DNA of 18,978 nt from Octopus sinensis (lineage: Eukaryota). Each line of letters opens with the position of its first letter. Positions within the stretch are counted from its first letter, which is position 1. The stretch is from positions 1 to 18,978 of the forward strand of contig NW_021824369.1 of NCBI RefSeq assembly GCF_006345805.1. The letters run 5' to 3'. Below are positions 1 through 7,992 of the stretch, in pieces. Position numbers and translations under genes: made by a program. The notes under the pieces are model-generated. The model worked only from the letters and a program-made list of their open reading frames with translations. It did no database searches and was not told where the DNA came from.

Positions 1-390
1 CAGTTAAGGTGAGACAGTGTCACGTGACAACTTGCTGTGGCTGTCTGCTGGAGCCTAGCAGCAGGTATTTAAAGGGAAAAATTTGATAAGTCAGTCAGTC
101 ACCGGCTGACACTCGCGGACGCTACATCGAAGAGGCCAAGGAACAGAAGAAAGAAGAGAGAAGACATTCACCCAACACCAGAGCTGAAGACACCTCCGAA
201 AGGAGGGGGGAACGTCAAAACGGTAGAGGAGTAGGGGCTGAAACCGGACGTGGTTCCTCCTGATGATGTCTTGAGCTAACTGGATCCTATAAAGGAGCTA
301 TTGTGGTAGCAGATCACGAAACACGGTTGTAATTCCGAACGGTCTAGAATTCAAGTGCGCTTACAGTTCCTATTAACATTGGCATTATCC
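1..390 (+). mobile_element. Probable PLE pseudo-LTR remnant (runs off the window start) with degenerate hammerhead-like motifs
   Basis: CTGGAGCCTA-N8-TATTTA (48-71) recurs with identical spacing in the PLE pLTR at 6567-6590. CTGAAGA-CACCTCC-GAAA-GGAGGGG-GGAACGTC at 184-216. CTGATGA at 260-266 followed by GAAAC near 328. Confidence 0.4.
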
Positions 391-394
391 TGAA

Positions 395-595
395 GACGGC
401 GAGCTGGCAAATCATTAATGCACCGGGAAAAATGCTTAGTTACTTTTCTTCCGATTTTACGTTCCGCGTTCAAATACTACTGTAGTCGACTTTGTCTTTC
501 ATATTTTCGGAGTCGATAAAATAAGTGCCAGTTAAACGCTGTAATCGACTTGCACCCTTCAAAATTGAGAACTTGTGCCAATATTTGAAACCATT
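395..595 (+). mobile_element. Diverged tRNA-derived SINE, family 1
   Basis: Head GGCGAGCTGGCA and B-box-like GTTCAAATAC (468-477). The body GTCGATAAA..AAGT(G/A)CCAGTT..GTAATCGACTT is shared with the reverse copy at 12071-12184 and partly with 18500-18630. Resembles octopus SINEs as recalled. Confidence 0.7.
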
Positions 596-2455
596 CCTGT
601 TTATAAGAAACATACTCATGCATATCATTTTTTCATGCGGGGCATTTTTCTTCACGTTTTCGCTAAGATAGAATACTTCAGCAATTCTGAGCAAAGTGCT
701 TCATGAAAAAAGAATTCGCAACTGGTTCGGTGATTGTTACCTCTCTTTTAAGAATTTCGTTTATTCATATTTTTCTTATTGGTGTTTCCGTTTAGCAGAT
801 GCTATCTAAATGACGCCATTCAATACTGAAAAGTTTGCTTAGACTAATCTTATGTCTCTTTTTCTTTTCTTTTGAGACAGAACTTGTGCAAACTTCCATT
901 TGATGATATGATCTTTCGATTTAAAATTTTGTTGGAGTAAATTTTCTCCGTACGGCATTAAATTATCTTGAATGTCTGTGCTGTTGCCAGTATTAATATT
1001 AAAAATTCATTCCGGTATATTATCTTGTTCTAAGTAGAAAACTCTAAGTGCGATAATTTTTCTTTTCAATTCAGTGTAATATACTTTATCTATTATATCA
1101 CGTTCTCTTCGTTTCCAATAATATGATGCATCTTCGTGAATGCTTACAAATTTAAAGCTTCCAGTGTGTAAAACAGATGAGACAGACAGCGAGAGAAGTA
1201 AAAGTATTGGTTTTCGCCTGCAGTTTTTTCAAGTTCAACCACGGGATATTGACATTTTCTTTCCTTAAATTCATTTCCTGTAAAAGTGCTACTATTACTT
1301 CCAGCTGTTTCTCGGCATTGTAAATATTCTTACACTATAGATGTTTAAATCTATGAAATAAGAATTTTCTAAAAGAAATTCTAGAGGGATTCCTGTTAAA
1401 AACCACAGGCAATCACAACAGAATATTTCATAGTAAACAATTGTACACCTGAGGATTTCGTTATTTCGCCAACAATCCTCCGACTGGTCACTGTAAACCC
1501 TTCAGCGGCAGAAGGTATTTTTACGAATTACGGTGATTTTAGCAATGATTGATGCGAAATAGAATCGAATGCTTTTCTATCAACAAGTCACACTATCATA
1601 AGGCGTCAGTAGACTTCATTTTTACTACAGACAGCACAGTTTTATTAGAAGTTGATAGACACACCCTGAAACCTTTGATCCGATGAGGGTTGCAATTATC
1701 CCGAAGGGACTGAAACTGCATGTGAAGATATTTTATACACCGAGTACATGCTACCGACAGGCCTATTATTTTCGGATAAGTCAGTGTTTTTATATGAATT
1801 ACAATATTTGATTGTTATCGCAAATCAATTCCATGTATGAATACTTCTTCCCATACTTCTTTGCAAATACAGACGTTTTGACTGGTTTTTAGAAGAAAGT
1901 CAAAATCTTGTACCAATATCCAACTGTTAAGCCACTTCGTGATCTCTTCCTGTTATACAGTGTTTCCACAGTTTTAATGGAATTCTTCCGCTTGATGTTT
2001 ATCGAATATCGATTGCATTTAAAATATTGATTTTTATTTTAAATCTTGGACTAAAAAATAATTTCCATCTTGTAATTGAAAGAGCTATTTTTTCGGAGCT
2101 ATTATTTTTATTCGTTTTCTGTGAAACAATTTCTAGTGAAAAGAAAGAAAAAAATACAAGCTTGCGGCTAATACTGCTAAATTTGTCTTTTTCGCTAATG
2201 GAGATTTCATACCCATTATAAGTTGCTGCATTAGAATTCTTCATTGAGAGCGAGAGGGAGAGAGAGAGAGAGAGTTTGGGGTGGGGTGGAATTTCATATA
2301 TTTTAATCAGTTTTTTTTTTCCGTTGAATGTAATTAATATATTGTTGTGTGTACTAATTGTTCACTTTACACCTTATGATATTGTCTTAATCTCCGACGT
2401 TTTATTTTTGTCTGCGGATATTTTTATTTAGTTTAGCTATCCTTTTGGAGATAAC

Positions 2456-2465
2456 ATACATACAT

Positions 2466-2501
<36 letters not shown>

Positions 2502-2505
2502 CACA

Positions 2506-2542
<37 letters not shown>

Positions 2543-2570
2543 ATATATATATATATATATATAATATATA
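2456..2570. repeat. Compound microsatellite (TACA)n(CA)n(TA)n
   Basis: Read directly from the sequence. Confidence 0.95.
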
Positions 2571-2866
2571 GTGGAGGTGCAATGGCCCAGTGCTTAGGGC
2601 AGCAGACTCGCGGTTTCGATTCCCAGACTGGGTGTTTGTGAGTGTTTATTGAGCGAAAACACCTAAAGCTCCACGAGGCTCCGGCAGGGGGTGGTGTCGA
2701 CCCCTGCTGTACTCTTTCGCTTCAACTTTCTCTCACTCTTCTTCTGTTGCCTGCTCTCTTAGCCAGCGGGGTGGCGTCATTTGAAGACTAAAACAATGCG
2801 AAGCACGTTGTGACCAGCGATGTGTAGCAACATCTGATAGCCTGGTCGGTCACGGGATCACGGTGA
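2571..2866 (+). mobile_element. tRNA-derived SINE, family 2, copy 1
   Basis: A box TGGCCCAGTG and B box GTTTCGATTCC. Body GAGCGAAAACACCTAAAGCTCCACGAG is shared with 4668-4925 and 11637-11940. Ends in a TCACGG(T)GA tandem tail. Confidence 0.9.
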
Positions 2867-2877
2867 TATATATATAT

Positions 2878-2929
<52 letters not shown>
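2867..2929. repeat. (TA)n microsatellite
   Basis: Read directly from the sequence. Confidence 0.95.
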
Positions 2930-2930
<1 letters not shown>

Positions 2931-2988
2931 CATCGTCCTGCGTAGGATTGACACGTTGCATTTGCAAACAGACTTTACTGTTCGGTAC

Positions 2989-3240
2989 TGTTACTACATA
3001 TTTCTTGCTCAGAGATTTAAAACTAGTTGTTTTAAAGTATTAAAAGTATATACTGTGAGCAAGAGCGAGTGGCTGCTATCTGTAGCCGGCGGTTGTCCTG
3101 TACCGAGGAAGGGAAATTACTAGGAAACCATTGGTCTCCAGGTATCGCTACGGCTAGAAAGGGAGTGGTAGACTCCCTTGCTTACAGTATACAGCTTAGA
3201 GCTGGAAAAAATGTTTTCCTGGGGCTAAAAAGTAGTAACA
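2989..3240 (+). other. Densely self-complementary non-coding element with a hammerhead-like core
   Basis: 15-bp stem 3049-3063/3177-3191. Nested stems TAGCCG/CGGCTA, GCGGT/ATCGC and CCTG/CAGG close CCGAGGA...GAAACCATTGGTC. Hairpin GGGAGT/ACTCCC. Outer stem TGTTACTAC/GTAGTAACA. Confidence 0.5.
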
Positions 3241-3274
3241 CCGTCCTGTGAAGGCGTTTGTATTTATGTGTGCA

Positions 3275-3387
3275 TGTGTCTTTGTCCACTACCACCGCTT
3301 GACTAACAACCAGTGTTGATTTGTTTACGTCCTCTTAACTTAGCAGTTCGGCAAAATGAGTCTGGTAGAATAAGTACCAGATTTCAA

Positions 3388-3443
<56 letters not shown>

Positions 3444-3528
3444 TAATAAGTACTGGGGTCGATTCATTCGACTAAAAGTCCTTCAAGGCGGTGCCCCAGC
3501 ATGACCGCAGTTAAATGACTGAAAAAGA
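3275..3528 (+). mobile_element. 3' half of SINE family 3 with an internal (TAA)n expansion (about 3388-3448)
   Basis: CTGGGGTCGATT..TTCGACTAAAA..AAGGCGGTGCCCCAGCATG.CCGCAG..AATGACTGAAA is shared with 13655-13828. TAACTTAGCAGTTC.GCAAAAT is shared with 5053-5372. Confidence 0.8.
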
Positions 3529-3629
3529 TACACACTTACACACACGCGCGCGCGCCCACGTACTCACACAAACACACACCTATATATATGTAATAAATCA
3601 TAATATGTGTATGTATGTATGTATATATA

Positions 3630-3945
3630 TGTATTAAAAAATACAAACTGGGACAAGAACACAAAACATCCAGAAGACGATACAAAAAACACGGGCGGGA
3701 CATTCGAAACCATCAATCTTCAGTCAAGAACTGGATCATCCTTGCAATTTCGGCTGATATATATACAGTTGCCATGATAGATCGTTAGCCACTACACATA
3801 ATGTTTTTCTTTCCTTGTTTCTCTCCCTGTTTTTTTTTCTGTGTCTCTTTCTGTAGAAGAGCGTAGGCTTGAGACGTAAAAGACTTTTTCTATTCCTGAA
3901 CGTTATACTAATACATCTGTTTGTTTTGTACACAACCTGTCTTCG
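3630..3945 (+). mobile_element. Probable PLE-related non-autonomous repeat fragments, with a degenerate hammerhead at 3846-3883
   Basis: TCTTT-CTGTAGAA-GAGC(GTAG)GCTT-GAGA-CGT-A-AAAGA has type I HHR topology with two or more core substitutions. The surrounding sequence resembles a recalled high-copy octopus repeat. Confidence 0.45.
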
Positions 3946-4084
3946 TTGAGAGAGTGGTTGTATACTGTCAACTTAACGTGACAGTAAGGGAATTACTCCA
4001 CCGTTATTTAGCCCTAGGAAGCATCGACGCTTCCTTGCCCCACCACCGTACATATCTCTATGAGATATTTAGAAATTTAATATT

Positions 4085-4087
<3 letters not shown>

Positions 4088-4158
<71 letters not shown>

Positions 4159-4178
4159 TTTATATATATATATATATA
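4088..4178. repeat. (TA)n microsatellite
   Basis: Read directly; it is the source of the IYIY ORF 3921..4247. Confidence 0.95.
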
Positions 4179-4667
4179 ACACAAAACACACGTAATAAAT
4201 TCATATATGTATGCGCGTACGATCGTGTCTATTCTTTTATTCTATGACTGCTTTTGACCACGTATGTTTTGCCTTTCACAGAGTTTAATCAATATTAGAA
4301 CGGTTCGAATTCAAATCTCTGGTAGAAATATTTTAGACAACCAGATATATATCGGATGCTGAAGCTACTAACATGTAACGGCTTTTGAGTTTCCATTGAT
4401 TCATCTCGATAAAAAAAAAAGCTATTTTATAGCAAACAGATAAAGAAAAACCTTGTAAACACTAAGAGAAAGCTGGTTGGGCTGGAGAAGATCTGTATTT
4501 TATACTTTTAAATTATGGAGAGTAGTTTTCTAAATAGATACATATGAATGCATAGCTATTATTGACTAACTTTATATATGTAAATGTGTTGAATGTATGT
4601 GTGTGTATGCGTGTGTATGAATAGATGGATGCATGCATGTGTGTAGGTGTCCATATATGTAAGTATG

Positions 4668-4925
4668 TCACCGTGATCACCGTGACTGACCAGGCTATCA
4701 GATGTTGCTACACATCGCTGGTCACAATGCGCTTCGCATTGTTTTTAGCCTTCCAACAGAAGAAAGAGTGAGAGAAAGTTGTGGCGAAAGAGTACACCAG
4801 GGATCTTCGTGGAGCTTTAGGTGTTTTCGCTCAATAAACACTCACAACGCCCGGTCTGGGAATCGAAACCGCGATCCTACAACTGCGAGTCCGCTGCCCT
4901 AACCACTGGGCCATTGCGCCTCCAC
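4668..4925 (-). mobile_element. tRNA-derived SINE, family 2, copy 2 (inverted relative to copy 1)
   Basis: The reverse complement starts GTGGAGGCGCAATGGCCCAGTGGTTAGGGCAGC and ends with the same ...CATCTGATAGCCTGGTC.GTCACGG tail as copy 1. Two internal deletions relative to copy 1. Confidence 0.92.
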
Positions 4926-5052
4926 ATGTAAGTATGTATGCATGTATATACATATGTACGTATATATGTGTGCGTGTGCATGTGTGAACGTGTATGTGTG
5001 TATGTATGTGTATGGTGTATGCGTGTGTTTGCATGTAGCTATGTGTTTGTAT

Positions 5053-5372
5053 GTCGCATACGTTGATGTGGGTGTGGTAAGAAGCTCGTTTTTCGACCAC
5101 ATGGTTCCGGGTTCAGTCCCACTGTGCTGCACTTTGAGCTCGTGTCTTATACTGTAGTCTCGGGCCGACCAAATCCTTGTGAGTGGATTTGATAAACGGA
5201 AACTGAAAGAAGCCAGTCCTCTGTGTGTGTGTATGTGTGTGTTTCTGTGCGTTTGTGTGTGTTTGTGTGTGTGTGTGTGTGTGGTTGTCTCCACCACCAG
5301 CGGTACTGGCGTGTTTTCTTCCCCGTAACTTAGCAGTTCAGCAAAATATTCTGATAGAATAAGAACAGGCTT
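5053..5372 (+). mobile_element. tRNA-derived SINE, family 3, with an internal (GT)n; 3' end interrupted by the PLE
   Basis: TGTGGTAAGAAG head and B-box-like GGTTCAGTCCC (5110-5120). GTGAGTGGATTTG..A.GGAAACTGAAAGAAG is also at 12191-12230. The segment after the microsatellite is shared with 3275-3528. Confidence 0.85.
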
Positions 5373-5373
5373 A

Positions 5374-5657
5374 TTTGGCAATGATTGGTAGGTTTGCTTT
5401 AGCAATGTTGAAGATATTCTGGTGACATGGGTTGTGTGTCACTATGAATGGTATGACTTGTTCTTGTTTTCCTCTTCCTTGGGTTGTCCTAAGTTGTTGT
5501 ATGGGTATTTTTATAGCCATACAAATACCCACAACAACTTAGGACAACCCAAGGAAGAGGAAAACAGAACAAGTCATACCATTCATAGTGACACACAACC
5601 CATGTCACCAGAATATCTTCAACATTGCCAAAGCAAACCTACCAATCATTGCCCAAA
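5374..5657. repeat. Near-perfect ~135-bp inverted repeat with a 12-nt spacer
   Basis: 5374-5510 is the reverse complement of 5523-5657 with only a few substitutions and small indels. Spacer TTATAGCCATAC. Confidence 0.97.
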
Positions 5658-6161
5658 GTAATGAATTAAAAGACATAATCACGGATCGAGCTATGGTGCT
5701 TAGTAAAAGACAGCCTAAAAACTTGAAAACATTACTAACAAAGGCAAAATTTGACCTTAGCAACAAAGACCAAACATTCACTGTATCTAATGCCGATGTG
5801 GCACATGCCAATTCATACATACCGGCCAATATATAAACACAAAAACCGGCAAAATATTCACAAACGCGAATATGAACTGCAAAAGCAGAAATTTAATTAC
5901 TGCATCAAATGCCCAAATTGTGAAGAAATATATGTAGGTCAGACGGGAAACGCACTATCAGAACGCTCACGTGTACACCGGCAACAGATTAGAGACCCAG
6001 AGGTCCGTCAGATACCGTTGAGTAACCACCTAGCAACATGTAGCCGGAAAATGTATATAATATTTCCGTTCTACAAATTACACAGTCCAAGTGAAATCGA
6101 GAGGAAAATCAGAGAAAAGAATTTTATTGATAAATTCGAACCCAAGCTAAATAAGCAATAA
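5523..6161 (+). pseudogene. Frameshifted PLE RT-linker and GIY-YIG endonuclease domain
   Basis: IPFIVTHNP...SKRQPKNLKTLLTKAKF linker, CRCGTCQFI zinc-binding segment, then (LI)YCIKCPNCEEIYVGQT..LSER...H..Q and EIERKIREKNFIDKFEPKLN*. Split over ORFs 5588..5836 and 5751..6161. Confidence 0.9.
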
Positions 6162-6478
6162 AAATAATACTTAGAGGTATTACTTCTACTGCTACGACCA
6201 TGACCACTAACAACAACAACAATACTAAAGGTGATCAAGATGAAGATAGCAGGAAAATTATCTTATTTAGGGTTAAAAGTTCTATTGCCACCACCATCAT
6301 CACTAGCAACAATAATTAAGGTGCTGACAATGATGATGATGACAATTGAAATATAAAAATATAAAAATCTCTGACAAAGGCTATTTACAACATTTATAAA
6401 AATAATCCAACAATTGCTGCTTCGGCCAGGGTCAAGATACAGGACTCTTGACATGTCCAACAAAGCGTGACGCCTAAA

Positions 6479-6592
6479 CCAATCAGCTCAACCAACCAAT
6501 CAGCTTAAGTAATTGAGTGATACTACACACTGATTGGTCAGAATACAGTTTGCAAAACCTAGCACTCTGGAGCCTACCCAGCTGTATTTATA
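6479..6592 (+). promoter_or_regulatory. Putative pLTR promoter: three CCAAT boxes and a TATA-like element
   Basis: CCAATCAG at 6479-6486 and 6496-6503, CTGATTGG at 6530-6537, and TATTTATA at 6585-6592, about 65 nt upstream of the hammerhead. Confidence 0.5.
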
Positions 6593-6655
6593 GCACAGAA
6601 TCAATCATCTTGCTACAGTCAAAAATTGTGAAGCATGACTGTCACCACTACTACA

Positions 6656-6700
6656 TGAACCCGAAGATTGCAGAATTTAATGCATGAAAGTACTAGTTCA
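6656..6700 (+). ncRNA. Minimal type I hammerhead ribozyme (U4C core variant) in the PLE pLTR
   Basis: Stem I TGAAC/GTTCA; core CCGAAGA; stem II TGCA/TGCA (U-U at 10.1-11.1, loop GAATTTAA); GAA; palindromic stem III AGTACT; CUA triplet, predicted cut after 6695. Confidence 0.8.
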
Positions 6701-6880
6701 ATCAGAATGAACATTTAACATTCTACTATTTTATTTTATTTTATTCTATTATAATATATTATCTTATAATATATCATTATAAGATTGTAAATAAAACGTG
6801 AAAATCAGACAAGGTTGGAATTCCTTTTATTAATATATTCTTCTATACACAATCACACACACCCATATATATATATATAT

Positions 6881-7502
6881 AAAAGTAAATAAATGGTACA
6901 ACGAAGTACCGATATTTACTGGAAAATAGCGATCGTAATAAATACGACGCTATTGTATAGCTTCACTGCGTATATACTAGCAAAGACGTGTGTGTACAAC
7001 AAACATGAAAAAAATTTGTCTTACCTCTAGGAAGAACATCTGAAAAATGAAAAACCTAGAAACGGATAATGCAGGACCGGTTTCAGACTCTTCAAATACG
7101 TTTGACAACGTAGATTTGATTTGTCCTCATCAGCTGCATATACCTAGACAACATTTCAAATGTTGCCACATCTATGCCAGTACACTCGTCTGAACGCCAA
7201 AACGTTAACAGAATGAGAACAGTGAAGAAGTTTCAATGAAAAGAGTAATGCAATACGAAAGTATTGCTTTCCAGTAAAAGATAGCGCGTAAGGGTAAAAA
7301 TTTTTTCATGTTTGTTGCACACACACGTCTTTGCTAGTATATACGCAGTGTGAAGCTATACAATAGCGTCGTATTTATTACGATCGCTATTTTCCAGTAA
7401 ATATCGGTACTTCGTTGTACCATTTATTTACTTTTATATATATAATTTTACCCTACGGGCTATCTTTTACTGGAAAGCAATACTTTTCGTATGCATTACT
7501 AT

Positions 7503-7508
<6 letters not shown>
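6881..7508 (-). mobile_element. Non-coding hammerhead-bearing retrozyme-like or PLE-dependent element embedded in (TA)n
   Basis: Layout A(6881-7017)-mid-B(7236-7300)-A'(7298-7435)-(TA)4-B'(7445-7508), where A' and B' are inverted copies. (TA)n on both sides. Intact HHR in mid. No ORF of 60 aa or more in the track. Confidence 0.7.
7069..7139 (-). ncRNA. Type I hammerhead ribozyme with a canonical core
   Basis: Minus strand reads ATGCAG-CTGATGA-GGAC AAA TCAAA TC TACGTT(GTCA)AACGTA TTTGA AGA GTCT-GAA-ACCGGT-C-CTGCAT. That gives a 6-bp stem I, the CUGAUGA and GAAA core, an extended stem II, palindromic stem III and a GUC site (cut between 7075 and 7074). Confidence 0.9.
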
Positions 7509-7545
<37 letters not shown>

Positions 7546-7553
7546 ATATATAT
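7509..7553. repeat. (TA)n microsatellite
   Basis: Read directly from the sequence. Confidence 0.95.
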
Positions 7554-7599
7554 CGTGTTTCTTCTTTTTTTCTCTCCTTATATCAATCTTATGAAGCTT

Positions 7600-7915
7600 A
7601 AGGCTGTATGATGCCTTAATAATCGGACTGAATACCCGATCGCGCGGTTAAACCATTGGGAGTGAAGGACTCCTACCCTTTGTTAGGCATCCTTCTAGGA
7701 GAAGTAACTCAAGTAACTGGGATAACTCCGACATAAAACCTGCGGCTCAGAGGTTACCGATGATGTTGACTTGTTCTTCTTTTCGGATTATGGCTGCTGT
7801 TGCTTAGTGAATGGGATTGACTCTGTGCACAGCCTTTCCTCACTTTAAAAAAATCTTCTCGCACAGGCATTGCACGATAACAACATTGATTGATTGATTG
7901 ATTGATTAAATTGAT
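7600..7915 (+). mobile_element. Structured RTE-5'UTR-like segment ending in (TTGA)n; either the RTE leader or a separate non-autonomous element
   Basis: GGCATCCTTCTAGGAGAAG.AACTC resembles a recalled RTE 5'UTR motif. Stems AAGGCTGT/ACAGCCTT, ATGCCT/AGGCAT, ATCGG/CCGAT and GGAGT/ACTCC. (TTGA)n tail at about 7886-7915. Confidence 0.4.
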
Positions 7916-7992
7916 TAACTAATTCATGATTCTTGAGAATGTTGTGAGTCTCAACTAAATGGCTTGCTGTAACCTTAAAAAGCAAATAATCA

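Larger units (their letters stand above)
5374..6845 (+). mobile_element. 5'-truncated Penelope-like retroelement: fold-back 5' end, ORF C-terminus and 3' pLTR
   Basis: GIY-YIG remnant, CCAAT/TATA-like motifs, a minimal type I hammerhead and an AT-rich tail. The inverted 5' duplication is typical of PLE insertions. Confidence 0.88.

Noticed and set aside
390-440. CTGAAGA-CGG...CCG-GGAAA looks like a hammerhead
   Set aside because: No helix I or III; everything after GA is the head of a family 1 SINE.
1148-1277. Possible 130-nt minus-strand exon (TTTTACAG acceptor, GTAAGC donor, one open frame NEFKERKCQYPVVELEK...)
   Set aside because: No recognisable protein similarity and no partner exons; such matches are expected by chance. 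RNA-seq would be needed.
2989-3240. HDV-like ribozyme or RNase P/MRP fold (GCTAA followed by a strand pairing with GTTACTAC; GGGGCT)
   Set aside because: I could not build P3, P1 and P1.1, or a P4 pseudoknot with the conserved regions.
3689-3726. Minus-strand CTGAAGA...CGAATGTC
   Set aside because: GAAA is incomplete and helices II and III do not form.
3921-5405. ORFs rich in IY, HT and CV dipeptides (also 10040-11043, 13792-14495 and 18713-18966)
   Set aside because: These are translations of microsatellites and SINEs.
5422-5829. ORFs 5422..5661 (+) and 5605..5829 (-)
   Set aside because: By-products of the palindrome and the antisense strand of the PLE ORF.
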